A stretch of DNA of 64,000 nt, taken from Raja brachyura (Eukaryota). The stretch is taken from NCBI GenBank assembly GCA_963514005.1, contig OY740790.1, forward strand, positions 31,868,001 to 31,932,000, read 5' to 3'. A program made the position numbers and the translations under genes. A model generated the notes under the pieces. It was not told the DNA's origin. It saw only the letters and a list, made by a program, of their open reading frames with translations, and did no database searches. Positions 35,811 through 48,982 of this stretch are shown piece by piece (positions within the stretch are counted from its first letter, which is position 1; each line of letters opens with the position of its first letter).

Positions 35811-38800
35811 GAGTGTGAAGGATACATCTTCTAGATGCGCTTGGATGCATCCTCAGTGATGTGACCTGGGGTCATCGGGTGTTTCGGGTCTCACAACATC
35901 AGACACCCTCGCCCAGGTGACCCAGCCGGGGTTGATCAAGCCCCAACTTGCATCCCAGCAGCATGGATCAGCCATCTTAATCCAAAACCACCTAATGGCT
36001 ATCTCTGCGGCTTCGCTTGCGGATTGAATGGCCCTTTTCTTTGCCAGCCCCGTAATTCCCAACTGTTTGAGGACTTTGGAGAGTGAGCGTCCTGCAAAGC
36101 CTCTACAGCCCACCTCTGTGGGCTCATAGTATGTCTTCCAGCTGCTGTCCTGGCACATCTCCACCAGTTCCTGGTACTTTGCGCGTTTCCTCTCGTTAGC
36201 CTCTTCAATACGCTCTTCCCAGGGCACAGTCAGCTCCAGAATGATCAGTAGTTTTGTCACTTCGGAGGTGATGATTATACCTGGCCTGAGTTATGTTGCT
36301 GTGATGTGCTGTGGAAATTTCAGCTGTTTGCCCAGATCGGCGTGCAGCTGCCAGTCAGTGGCTGTGTAGAGGAGGCCCGTCCTTGTTTTTGGTTGTGGTC
36401 GGGGCTTCTCTCCAGCTTTGATAAAAAGTGGTTGATTTCTTTGGGGCATGATGGTGTTTGCTGTTACCGATGGCAGTGGCTATGCTCTCAGCAACCACCT
36501 TGAGTACCTGGTCATGGCGCCACCGATAGCGACCTTCCCCAAGAGACTTTGGGCAGCTGCTGAGGAGATGTTCTAATGATCCTCTTCCAGAGCAAAGTGG
36601 GCAGGAAGGTGTCTCGCTCTTGCCCCAGATGTGGAGGTTTGCTGGGCTTGGTAGGGCATCGTAGACAGCTTGGACAAGGAACCGGACGCGCTGGAAGTCT
36701 GCCTGCATGATGTTTGACGAGGGAATCCTGCGCTGCGGTATGCTCTCCCACCTTGTCCATGCTCCCTGCTGCCAGAGCCCCACCGTCCTGCTCACACGCT
36801 CTTCCTCCACACCTGCTCGGACCTCTTCCTGGATTAGATGGTGTCTCTCCTTGCCCTGGGCCTTGCCAACTTGCCATACTTCGTTTGGGAAGTATCCCAA
36901 ACCCACTCTGCCAGTTGCCATGACTCCCACCATGCCTTTTGCCTTAGGTGTCACTCTGCCACCTCCATTGCTTTCTCCGTCCTCCATTTCCTCCCTGTTC
37001 TCACTTCAATGCTAGCCGATGACACCTTCTGGTCCCTGGAGACCCTGTAATGCAGAGCTTCTCTTGTTTGCGCCACCATAAACTCTTCCATGAGGCCACT
37101 GAATGGGAGCTGCAAGATATTACTGGTCCCATATAGTGCTGCACTGTTGAGGCTGCGGGGAAGGCCAAGCCACCTGCGGAGAAAGCCGCTGATCTTCCTT
37201 TCGAGGGACACAACTGAGGTCAATGGAACAGCGTAAACCAGCAGAGGCCACAGGACTCGGGGCAGGATGGAATGCTGATAGATCCAGGCCTTGAACCTGC
37301 CAGGCAGACCTGACTTGTCAACTTTGCTGAGCTAGGCTCAAGGTCTTCGATGGACTTTTGAATGGTGGCAGAGTCTTTCAGAGTTGCGTCAAAAAGCTTC
37401 CCCAAACTCTTGACAGGTTACTCAATGATGGAGGGAATGGCAGTTCCAGATAGCAAGAAGTGGAATTTGTCAGTCACCTTTCCCTTCTTCAGCACCATGG
37501 ACCTTGACTTTGTTGGCTTGAAAGTCATCCTTGCCCATGTGATAAGTTTCTCAAGACCTTGTAGGATCCACCTACTTAAAAACATAGAAACATAGAAAAT
37601 AGGTGCAGGAGGAGGCCATTCGGCCCTTCGAGCCAGCACCACCATTGAATATGATCATGGCTGATCGTCCGCTATCAATAACCCATGCCTGCCTTCTCCC
37701 CATATCCCTTGACTCCACTAGCCCCTAGAGCTCTATCCAACTCTCTCTTAAATCCATCTAGTGATTTGGCCTCCACTGCCCTCTGTGATAGGGAATTCCA
37801 TACATTCACAACTCTCTGGGTAAAAAAGTTTTTTCTCAGCTCAGTCTTCAATGACCTCCCCTTTATTCTAAGACTGTGGCCCCTGGTTCTGGACTCACCC
37901 AACATTGGGAACATTTTTCCTGCATCTAGCTTGTCCAGTCCTTTTATAATTTTATATGTTTCTATAAGATTGCCCCTCATCCTTCTAAACTCCAGTGAAT
38001 ACAAGCCTAGTCGTTTCAATCTTTCCTCATATGACAGTCCCGCCATCCCAGGGATCAATCTCAGGGGTCAATACTTCCTTGAACCGATGTTGTGATGATG
38101 GTAAGGTCGTCCATAAAATCTCTTATTGGGGGCTGTCGTACACCAGACTTGGTTAGGGGGCCTCTGCATTCCACCTCAGCTGACTTGGCCACCATGTTCA
38201 TGGCAAGAGCAAAATGAATAACAGAAATAGTGCAGCCCATTATTATTCCTTTTCCAAGTCGATGCCAGTCTGATGTTTCTGACCCAGAAGTCACCCTCAG
38301 CCTGAAATAATGGAATAATCCAGGATCAGGACCTTGATCTTGCTGGGAAAATGGTGTAGGTGTAATGCAAGCTCAACCAGTTTGTGCAGTATGGACCCAT
38401 ATGCATTGGCCAGGTCCAACCACAGAACAACTAGGTTGCCTCTGTTTTCATGGGCTTCTCTAATAAGCTGCATGACTACTCCAGTGTGCTCCAAGCAGCC
38501 GGGAACTCCCTTAATTCCACCCTTCTGCACTGAGGGGTCGATGTTGCTGTTTTTGAGGAGAAACTCAGTTAATCTTCGGGAGACAATGCTGGAAAAACAC
38601 CTTCCCTTCGACGCTCAGCAGCGAAATTGACCGAAACTGATTGATGTTCTTTGGGTTTTCCTCTTTCGGGATCCAAACTCCCTCAGTGCTCCTCCACTGG
38701 TCAGCAACTCTCCCCCTTCGCCATACCACCTTCAAGATGTTTCATAGGTGTCGAAGGAGCTCTGGGCAGCTCTTGTACACTATGTATGGTACGCCACTAG

Positions 38801-39010
38801 GGCCTGGAGCAGAGGCTGAGTGTGCCTCCTTGATGACCTCCTCGACCTCCTTCAGACTTGGCTCCCTCAGATTGAACTCTGTTGTTGGGGGGACTGGGCT
38901 AATGAGAGTAATCGCCTGGTAAAGCCAAAGGGATTGGAAATGAACTTGGCTCGCTTCCCAGCTCTCTCTCTTCCTCTTCTCCTGTGCCACTCTGCTCTGC
39001 TGAGGGTCAT
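35811..39010 (-). mobile_element. HERO-clade (RLE-type) non-LTR retrotransposon, 5'-truncated and degenerate
   Basis: SAPGPSG, WLDLANAYGS, GI.MGCTIS, FMDD, CPLC..LEHLLSSC, GRYRWRHDQVL, ELTVPWEE..ERKRAKY, EVGCRGF. Tc1 sequence resumes at about 39011. Confidence 0.88.
37578..38071 (-). mobile_element. CR1 3' fragment inserted in the HERO element
   Basis: ORF 37675-38058; CATAGAAA tail; TSD TACTT at 37573-37577/38072-38076. Confidence 0.9.
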
Positions 39011-39059
39011 AAAAGTAGTCATGTTTACTATTTTGTTCCATATCCTTTGCATGCAATGA

Positions 39060-40022
39060 CTGCTTGAAGTCTGTGATTCATGGACATCACCAGTTGCTGG
39101 GTGTCTTCTCTGGTGATGCTCTACCAGGCCTGTATTTCAGCCATTTTTAGCTTATACTTGTTATGGGGGCTAGTCCCCTTCAGTTTTCTCTTCAGCATAT
39201 AAAAGGCATGCCCAATTGGGTTCAGATCAGGTGATTGACTTGGCCACTCAGGAACTGACCATTTTTTTAGCTTTGAAAAACTCCTTTGTTGCTTTAGCAG
39301 TATGTTTGGGATCATTGTCTTGCCGTGGAATGAACCGCCAACCAATTAGCTTTGAGGCATTTGTTTGAACTTGAGCAGATAGGATGTGCCTATACACTTC
39401 AGAATTCATTATGCTACTACCATCAGCAGTTGTATCTTCAATGAAGATAAGTGAGCCATACATGCCCAGGCCATAACGCCCCCACCACCGTGTTTCATAG
39501 ATGAGGTGCTATGCTTTGGATCTTGGGCAGTTCCTTCACTCCTCTATACTTTACTCTTGCCATCACTCTGATATGTTCATCTTTGTCTCATCTGTCCACA
39601 CGACCTTTTCCCAGAACTGTGGTGCTCTTTTAACTACTTCTTGGCAAACTATAACCTATTTTTGCTGCTAACTGGTGGTTTGTATTTTGCAGTGAAGCCT
39701 CTGTATTTTTGTTCATGAAGCCTTCTGCGGACAGTGTTCATTGACAAATCCACACTTGACTCCTCGAAGAGTGTTTCTGATCTGTAGGACGGGTGTTTAT
39801 TAAAGAGAGAATTCTTCTGTCATCAGCTGTGGAGATCTTCCTTGGCCTGCCAGTCCCTTTGCGATTAGTAAGCTCACCAGTTCTTTCTTTCTTCTTAATG
39901 ATGTTCCAAACAATTAATTTTGGTAAGCCTAAGGTGTGGCTGATGTCGCTAATAGTTTTATTATTGTTTCTCAGTCTCATAATGGCTTCTTTGACTTTCA
40001 TTGGCCCAACTTTGGTCCTCAT
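39060..40022 (-). pseudogene. Tc1 transposase pseudogene
   Basis: HTH ...IVWNIIKK..GTGRPRKIS.ADDR, QDNDPKHT and WPSQSPDLNPI in different frames. Confidence 0.92.
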
Positions 40023-41670
40023 GTTGATAAACACCAATTAAAGTTTCCAAAGCTGATGGAAAGACTGGAGGAATGACTGGGTGCTGAGAGCTCTCTTACA
40101 CCTGAACAATTACAAACACCTGTGAAGCCATGTGTCCCAAACATTATGGTGCCCTGAAATGGGGGCACTATGAATAAACATAGTATATAATTTCCACATG
40201 GTGAAACCAAATTGTATAAATGGCCCTTAATAAAATCTGACATGTGATTTTTTTTTTTCTCTATTACAAATCTCAAATTTTGGAGTACAGAGGCAAATAA
40301 ATAAATGATGGGTCTTTGTCCCAAACATTATGGAGGGCACTGCGTGTCCTCCGTTTCTTGATTTCCCTCTTTAATTGTTCACTCACCTTTTACCAGTTAT
40401 GATGGTAGCCAAGAGTTGTTCATTGGATACAAAAGTAAACAGTTTGGGGCTTGCCCTTTCTGATTTTTGGGGCTTGCCCTTTGTGAACATCCTGTGAGTT
40501 TTTTGCTGCAGCCATCTTTTCACAGGCTGGCATAGTTATGCCACATTTAGCATTACTGCCCCGCAGTTCATGGGACCAAGGTTTGATCCTGATCTTGGGT
40601 ATCATCAGTGTAGACGTTGCGAGTTCTCTCCATGACTGGAGTTCTCTCCACTGCCCACTTCCCAAAAACATGCTGGTGGGTTACTGTTAATTATACCTTA
40701 ATGTAGGTTGATCATAATGGCAAAAGAATGAAAGGAGTATGAGTGGATATATGTGAGGCCAAATGAGTTGCAGGAACACTGGGAAATAAAGAGAGAGCAA
40801 ACAGGACCAATGGCATTATTCCCCTGGGAGCTACCGTGGGTCTTGATTGTAATAAGATTAAACCACCTGACTAGATCACATGTATGTCTGTTGATGAAAA
40901 TTGTTTTCTTTTCAGAATTTAAATGTAATGATCCAATGGGAAAGATTTAAATGAGACCTGAAGGGCAACTTCTTCTATACTCTCACCAGTCCAGATTGAT
41001 GCGTATATGGAATGAGGACATTTACACAGGTACATGGAAAAGAAAGGTTAACATTCTTTATGGGGCAAATGCACTCGGGTGGGACTCGTGTAGATGGAAC
41101 ATGTTGGTCAGTGCAGGCAAGTTGGGCCAACGGGCCTGTTTCCATGCTGTATGCCTCTCTAACTCTACAAGCTTCCAGACGAAATGGTAGAGGCAGATAC
41201 AATTTTTAAAATGTACTTGGACAGATACATCATTAGGAAAGCTTTGAGGGGATATGGTTCAGGCACAGGCAAGTGGGGCTTGGTTAGGCAACTTGGTGAG
41301 TATGGCCAAGTTGGCCAGAAAGGCCTATTTCTGTGCTGTACCACTCTATGATTCAATGACTGTAACTCTGCACCACCAATATGTCTTTGCCAACAAAATC
41401 CAAAAGAAGTCTAATATTTCTGCTTCCATCTTGAAGCTTCTCCAAGTCAATTAGAGGATTAAATGATGGGGTGCTTTGTATCCCGGGTATTGGGAACTGG
41501 GTTGATAGTGCCCCCATTCTCATTTAACTTCTGTCTGGCAGAAAAAAGTAAGGAAAGATTGCAGAGGATATAGAGATGGCAAAAATTGATCGGACTTGAC
41601 CTATGGAACTGAGAATGTTATATAATTTATTTTCAGGTAGAGTCTTCAACCACAACTCTTGTGTTATTTG

Positions 41671-41740
41671 ATGGAGTTTGTTGGAACATGTTGGGTAACC
41701 AATCTATTCATCATCTGGCTGTGCATGTCTAAAAGAGCTG
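41671..41740 (+). CDS. IL12RB2: IL12RB2-like first coding exon (signal peptide); exon starts at about 41637
   Basis: TTTTCAG acceptor; MEFVGTCWVTNLFIIWLCMSKRA; G|GTAAGT donor, phase 1. Confidence 0.82.
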
Positions 41741-42464
41741 GTAAGTTTAAATTAAACTGTTTTAATTGCATATGTTAATAACTATTTGAGCTCTAAACCT
41801 TTTGAAAAATGTTAATCTTTATTGAACAGGCTAGAGATGGAAAAAAGGATGCGAGACAAAGGGATTGAGGAGTTGTGAAGTGTGAAGTCAGAGGAAGGAA
41901 TGTGGATGGAGGAGAAGGGATGAAATAGATGCAAGTCTAGGTGGGGATGATTGGAGGTTACCTTAAATTGGAAAGTTCAATGTTCAGAACATTGGGTATT
42001 AACCAGACAGAGTATTGGATGTTTCTCAAATTTCAGTGGCATTTATGCAGTACCAAATCCTATTCTCCTGAAAGTTCTTGTGTGCAGCAGGTCACAGTGG
42101 TTAGAATAAGAACAGAAACATCAGAAAATGCATACTTTAGAGCTACAGCTTGTAAACAAGCCCTTCGGCCCAACACGTTCCTGCCGACCACTTTCTCATG
42201 AATTCCCTACAATCCATAAGCCAGGGGAGAGGGAAACGAGATCTACGAAAAAGTACAGAACAAATCAGAGCCGGCAACAAAGGCCAATGAGCCCACAATG
42301 GGCCAATGTTAGCAATGGAGGTGATAATGAAGGGATGCGAACAGTGCAACTAGCAGGATGACAAAGATGGGGGTCGGATGGAGAGACAAGGAATGCTTCT
42401 CTGTATTACTGTATTCGCTGCTGTTTTCAAACAAATTGGGTTTAAAACCATCCTCTCTTTCCAG

Positions 42465-42749
42465 AATCCTGTGCTAATGGGGATATGCAAGTCAGTCCTG
42501 CATCAGTAGTCAGACTTGGATCCAGCATTAACATATCATGCATCTTAAAGGGATCATCTTATGATCAGTGTGCAGCCCGTCAACTTTGTATTATTGAAAA
42601 CAATACTAGGCGGCTTGTTGCAACACAGATCTCTGCCAATGCAGTTGCTGCACACATTCCAAAGATTGAAAACCCCAAGTCCACTTTTGCATGTAAGCTT
42701 CATTGCAACACTGAATATTTGATCTGCGGAATTGATATTAAAGCTGGCA
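42465..42749 (+). CDS. IL12RB2: IL12RB2-like exon: Ig-like D1
   Basis: ESCANGDMQVSPASVVRLGSSINISCIL...LICGIDIKAG; AG/GT, phase 1-1. Confidence 0.9.
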
Positions 42750-43105
42750 GTAAGTAACTTTTATTTAACTGATTATTTCTCGAGTATTAAGACTAATTAT
42801 TTAATTTCTCCGTTTTTTAATTAATATAATTGTCAAGTTTCACAAGACAATGGTATAATGGGAATGCAGTTCAATTACTTTTCCATGCTGTAATGCCTGA
42901 GTGCCTGAAGAGTCCAGTCCTTGACATCCCACCGCTGTTGCAGAGGTTGCCAGCACAAATCTCAGGACAAGATTGTTGGACTCTCTTCTTGTGACATCTT
43001 TGCCTCACTCACTCTTATTTTTTTGCTCCTTTGCCCTCTTCCCCCACATGCAATGCTAAAAGTTTTTTTGGATGATTATTAGGTCTACTGTTTTCAGTTG
43101 AGTTT

Positions 43106-43415
43106 ACTTTAGAGATGCAGCATGGAAACAGGCCCTTCGGCCCACCGTGTCCGCACCGACCAGCGATCCTAGAACATTAACACTAGGGATCCTCACACAC
43201 TAGGGACAATTTACACTTATACCAAGTCAATTAACCTATAAATCTGTATGTCTTTGGAGTGTGGGAGGAAACCGAAGATCTCGGAGAAAACCCACAGCGG
43301 TCAATGGGAGAACGTACAAACTCTGTACTGACAGCACCCATAGTCGGGATTGACCCCAGGTCTCTGGCGCTGCAAGTGCTGTAAGGCAACAACTCTACCG
43401 TTGCGCCACCGTGCC
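43106..43415 (-). mobile_element. tRNA-derived V-domain SINE (HE1-like)
   Basis: A box TGGCGCAACGG, B-box-like GGTCAATCCC, V core GGTTTCCTCCCACACTCCAAAGAC, CR1-like tail. Confidence 0.85.
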
Positions 43416-43677
43416 ACATCTACTTTTGTTCTTGCATCAAAACCTTTAACTTTGACTTTTCATTGAAAATATTAATTGAACTGATATGTTTTTCCGGTAG
43501 TGGAATTTTCCTTTGTCTCTTTACGTCTCGTTATGTCTCTTTATACAACTTTACTGGCAAGAGTTAACTTTCTTGCCTGCAAATCATTGCCTTTCACAAA
43601 CTTATTGCATGCAGCACATTTGATATCATGATGCAGGAAATAAACATGCTAACAAATTCTAAATTCTATGATTTCAG

Positions 43678-43792
43678 ATCCTCCAGATCAACCCCAAAAC
43701 CTGAAATGCATTCAGAAGGGCCGGGTTGGAGACATAATGTGTACCTGGGATGCAGGACATGACACGTACATCAGAACGAAAACCATATTGTG
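43678..43792 (+). CDS. IL12RB2: IL12RB2-like exon: cytokine-binding D2, first half
   Basis: NPPDQPQNLKCIQKGRVGDIMCTWDAGHDTY, close to the recalled mammalian IL12RB2 PEQPQNLSCIQKG..CTW; phase 1-2. Confidence 0.9.
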
Positions 43793-44883
43793 GTAAGATG
43801 CTTCTGTATATTCAACAAAATGGTTCCTTTAAACCTTTAACTGAATGCTAAGAGACAAGTATGTGAACAAAAGAAAGCATTGAAGGATATTTCTTTCTGC
43901 AATCTGCTTTGAAGTTTATTTTTCTGACAACTGGATAAAAGTAGCCCACAGAAGATTCTGCTACATTGATTTAATTTCCAGTGAGGAAAATATTCTATGA
44001 ATTCTTCCAGATATCCAGTTATGACAGTTTCATGATTCAATCTTGATTTGGGATTTCCGCAAATTATTTCATGCTTTGCTTTCTCCTTCTTCTCCTTGGC
44101 CCAATTAGCATATTGAAGGAAGAATGTTTCCTATAGGACCCTGGATTGTTGAGACACAGAAGGACTTTCTTTCCAAGATTAACAATATAAATTCCATTGC
44201 TCCTCTTCCTCCATAGCTCAGTTTGTTTCCTTGCTTCATGTTTATTATTATCTTTCGCCTTGCAGCATAGAATTGTCTCCTCTTAGCCATCCTCTTTGGC
44301 AAAACATCCTATTCTCCTGCAACAATTTTATATAATGAAATTCCCACAAACTTTTCTTCCCGGTGCTCATAAATGACAGTTTCCAATCGATGGAGCCTTG
44401 TCACTATAGGCAACTTTTTCTCTCTCAAACATTGAACTAGATACTAGATCGCAGTGTCTGACTGCACCAGTCCTTTATATCTATATGTGTCTATCTTCCT
44501 TTATACTGTTCAGATATTAATTTAACCTGGCAACATGTTTGATACAGATATTGTGAGCTGAAGGGTCTGTTCCAGTGCGATAATGTTTTATGTATTATGA
44601 AATGTAGAAAGTGGTATAGATGTCTCTATGTCCATTTTGAGTCATGGTAAAACTTGCAGCTGCATTTTGAAGCTTGCATTCAGCAGATATTTGTGTGGAT
44701 GGAAAATAATTTAACAAAAATTATTTTTACAATTTACAATTACCGGTACATTATTTTGAACATTTATAACACTTTGGTTATTGTGATGGCTGTTTTGTTT
44801 CTTGGTGCATAAAATAACAATCTACATCACTTTATTTCAAAGATTTAGTTTAATTTAAACAATCACGACTGTATTTTGTTCAG

Positions 44884-45110
44884 GTTCAGAAATGAGTCAC
44901 ACAGTTTTATCGCCTCAGCTACCTCTGCAGAACTATCAACTGGAAAATGCACAAGACTCAGACAGACACTAAGCCACCAAAGACTGGGCTTTGCTTGTGA
45001 ATTTGGCCACAGTTTTGATCCATTCTCTACTTATTTGGCTTGGGTTACAGTCTCAAACCAGCTTGGAAATCAATCTTCAGCAGTCATGACCTTCACACTA
45101 GATGGAATTG
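44884..45110 (+). CDS. IL12RB2: IL12RB2-like exon: D2, second half
   Basis: ...YLAWVTVSNQLGNQSSAVMTFTLDGI; phase 2-1. Confidence 0.88.
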
Positions 45111-46452
45111 GTATGTAATGGTTTATCTTAAAGTTCTAGTGATTTGTCCAAGGCTCAAATTCTTGTTCCACAGATTTCGCGTCATCTGCTGAGTATTTTC
45201 ATATTTTTCTATTTTTAAACCATTGATTTTCAGCATCTGCAGTTTTGTGTTCTTTAGTGAGGAGACAGAAAGTAGAGGTTTTAGGTAAGGTTGTGATTAT
45301 GGAAAATTGGACTGAACTGTGCTTGGTGGAGCACAGTTAAGGTAAATGCACGGCTGAGTGTTTCAGCATGGAGCTGTGTCTGGGAAAGTAGCAGATTTTA
45401 TCAGCAAGACTATGGTTTAAGTGGCCCCAAACATCAACCAGAGAAAATCGTGGATCATTAATTAATGGACAAAATTGGGATCTGATGAAGGTAGAGATAT
45501 GAAACCTCAATTGTACTTGGAAGATGCTGCCAAGGAGGTGGTGGTGGAGGCAAAGATGATAATGGCTTTTAAAAGTCTTTTAGATAAGCACATGGGTGTG
45601 CAGGGAATGGAGGGGATATAGATCACATGCCACAGAGGATATTAATTTAACCTGGCAACATGTTTGATACAGATATTGTGAGCTGAAGGGTCTGTTCCAG
45701 TGCGATAATGTTTTATGTATTATGAAATGTAGAAAGTGGTATAGAAAATGTAATTCCAGAACTACACTTCAGATTTTTTTCTCCCACAAATTCTAATTGG
45801 CAAAATGCAAGACAACTATAAGAAAGTTCATAATGTAAAAATTGATCAGTCACTACACTACACTGAGCTTCACGGCAAGAAATGGACCTCTGTTTAAGAA
45901 GCAACAGGATGCTGTGGTGAACCTATGGGTCTGGTTGAATGGTCACATTTTATTATTGTCAAATGTCTTGTTCATTAGCCACTATTCTGTGATAATTTGA
46001 TCTAATGTGAACCAGTTTGTTCAGGAAATCTTCTGAAGTAGTTCTGCATAACATAATGCCATCACGACAAACATGGTGATGATACTGAAGTGCAAAGGCG
46101 CACTCGTGTATAGATATCCTCTCCTGAAGTGGAATGATTTCATGGGGAGTCAGAAGCTATACAGCAGGGAATTGGAGTAACTGAAGAGGGAATGCTCCCA
46201 GGGCAAAGGTTGCTACAATGATGAGATTAATAGTGTAAAATCTCTGAGTTCATATCATTGGCAAAGTAGCTGCAAATTATTTTTATTGAATACTCAATAA
46301 GCATTTAATACCTATAATTCCAATTTGCCTTATAATCCTTTAAGTAATGTTGTTGCTTCTTAAAACAAATTCAGTGCTTGGTCTTGTTCATAAATCAATA
46401 TATTGGTATCAGAGCAGTAACTATTGGTTCAAACCATTCTATTTTTTTTCAG

Positions 46453-46595
46453 CAAAACCCTCTCCTCCCAACATCAGTCGACTAGAATGTAGCGGCAGTA
46501 CACTCTTCAATTGCACAATCTACTGGAACGAGGAACAGAATGCAGAGTGGTTTGAAATCCAGTTTCAAATTACAAACAGCAGCAAATGGGAAAAG
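46453..46595 (+). CDS. IL12RB2: IL12RB2-like exon: D3, first half
   Basis: AKPSPPNISRLEC...NCTIYW...SSKWEK; phase 1-0. Confidence 0.88.
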
Positions 46596-46999
46596 GTAAC
46601 AAGTCACTATGTTTGTTCCACTTGCAATACTCTTCATTTGAAAACTTGCAAAAGTCTTGATTTTGAATATCTAATTTTTCATCAGCATTTCCCCAGACTT
46701 TTATGTTTTTAATCCTCCACTGGGTTTTCTGCTCATTCTGATGAGGCAGTACATTCTTCGTCCCCTTCCTGTCATAGGCAATTTCATTGAGGACATGCCC
46801 ATTTAAAACATGCCCATTGAGGTCGTGCCCATATAGATCAGATTAATGAATTCCAAAGAACCTGTGTACTGAAGCCCAGATTTCAACTGTAAGTCAATTA
46901 TGTGTTAGTATTCCACATGACTGATAAGACATGATATATTCTAATCCTAAGCAAATGTTAATGCGTTGGAAATAGCTGAGAGCAACTAATCTATTCAGC

Positions 47000-47084
47000 G
47001 GTTACACAAAAAGCTGGAGAAACTCAGCGTGTGCAGCAGCATCTAAGGAGCGAAGGAGATAGGCGACATTTCGGGTCGAGACCC
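47000..47084 (-). mobile_element. 85-bp Penelope pseudo-LTR mini-insertion
   Basis: TSD ATCTATTCAGC at 46989-46999/47085-47095. The 5' end is at the hammerhead stem II (GGGTCTCGACCC). Confidence 0.88.
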
Positions 47085-47539
47085 ATCTATTCAGCGGTTC
47101 ATTTAATTTTCAGTCCTGATATTTAGTGGCGTACTGGATACAATGTACACATGATGTGGTATCACCATGGCTTGAATTTCCTAGACATGCATAACATATG
47201 ACCCCAGATTTCAGATTACAAATGCCTGTCCCTGTCACTTATTAAAGGCTGATGCTTGGTTTTACCTGGCAACTAGCCTCAAGGTAGTAAAGGCTGACAC
47301 TGTATTGGTGAGAATAGCACCTGTAAGCCAATACCCACTATTTTACGGACCTTAAAGCATTTCAGAATTTCCCAACAACTCTGAACACACACACAGCATG
47401 CATTCTGTGAATAGTGAACTCCAAATTGGGTCATATCTTTTAATCAAAATGAGAGTTTCACAGCAGATAGTTGTGGCTCGAGAGATCGACAATCACAGTG
47501 ACCTTTCACCCACTGAAACATTCTCTGATTTGATTTCAG

Positions 47540-47687
47540 AAATTCATAGTCAATTCAACAAGTTGCACCATGTCTGCTTTGGAGCATTTTGAGGAGTATG
47601 TGTTCAAGATTCGTTCCAAGTTTCATCAAACCCAAGGTCTGTGGAGTGACTGGAGCTCTTCATTTGTAACCAGGACACCAGAGGCAG
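47540..47687 (+). CDS. IL12RB2: IL12RB2-like exon: D3, second half with WSXWS
   Basis: LEHFEEYVFKIRSKFHQTQGLWSDWSSSFVTRTPEA; phase 0-1. Confidence 0.93.
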
Positions 47688-48982
47688 GTACAGTGTGACC
47701 AGGCCAACGTGCTGTTTGAATTTGTCATGGCATCTCTTGAAAGTAGCCATTCTTAATTGAACTTCATGATGATTCACTTATATACAAGAATAGAATACAA
47801 GTATGCAGTAGGTTTTTTTTGTCATAATGGGTAAGTATGTGTTATTGATCCACGCAGAGTAGGAAGTTTTTCCGGTTTTAATTCTTGGTTTCCATTGACT
47901 TGATTTAACCTGAAGCTCTGCTAGAGGTTTTAAACTAGAAAGACAGGGAGGTGGGAACCAAAGCAGCAGATCAGTAAATGAGAATGCTGATGAGAAATCA
48001 GAGATTGTGACCTGCAAGTCTCAAAGGAAAGGCTGACAGGGTGAGGTTCATGAATATGGTGGATAATGAAGAGCTGTTTACATCAATGCAAGGAGTATAG
48101 TGGGTAAAGTTAATGAATAGGACCTGGATCAGTGCCTGGAATTATGATGTGCCAATTATAGAAACTTGGTTGTGAGAGGGACATGACTGGCAGCTGAGCC
48201 TGCCTGGTTTCGATGTTTCAGATGAGATAAAGAGTGGGGTAGATGATGTGGAGCAGTTGCTTTGCTCATCATGGAGAATGGCATGGTAGTCCTCAGAGAG
48301 GACATACTGGAGGGCACGTCTACTGAGGCATTAAGGGTTGGCTCAAAAATAAGGAAGGAGCACTTATGCTAATGGATTATATTAAAGGCCACCCAATAGC
48401 CAGCAGGGGGATAGAGGAACAGATATGTAGACACATTACGGAAGGATACAAGAAACACAGAGTTGTTGTAATGGTTAAAGTCGCAATGCTTTCCCAATAT
48501 TGATTGGGACTTACTCGGGGCAAGAGGATTACATGCCACTGTGCCACCCGACATTTGTAGCCACTTTCAAGTAGTTATGGTCTTGGACCCTGAGATGGAT
48601 CTGTACATCAATGCTGTTACGGGTCATGGCATTAATTGTTCAATTAGCACTCCAAGCACAACCAAGATAGTTCATTGTTCAAATTTTGTTTGGTGTTTGT
48701 AGTGTTCAATAGGTAGGTTTGTAGGTTTTCAGACTCGTATATATTCTCCCTGATGGCAGGAAAGAAATAAGAGTGTGTCCAGGGTGGTGTGGGTCCTTTG
48801 TGTGGCAGCACTTCCAATAGGTCCCTTCAGTGGTGGGGAGGCCAATACCCATGATGGACCAGGCAGTGCCCATCACTTTTTGTTCCTGGGCATTCAGGTC
48901 AAGAGTCTGAAGTGAACAATTAACTCCTTGGTCATACTGATGTTGTAAACAAGGTTGTTTTTCTGACACTATTCCATCAGAC

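Larger units (their letters stand above)
23934..40342 (-). mobile_element. Tc1 DNA transposon (degenerate) split by nested insertions
   Basis: TIRs CAGTGCCCTCCATAATGTTT (23934) and AAACATTATGGAGGGCACTG (ending 40342). TA at 23932-23933; the right-hand TA reads CG. Both flanks are one CR1. Confidence 0.92.

Noticed and set aside
43340-43415. tRNA gene
   Set aside because: The A/B boxes belong to a SINE head; no cloverleaf or terminator.
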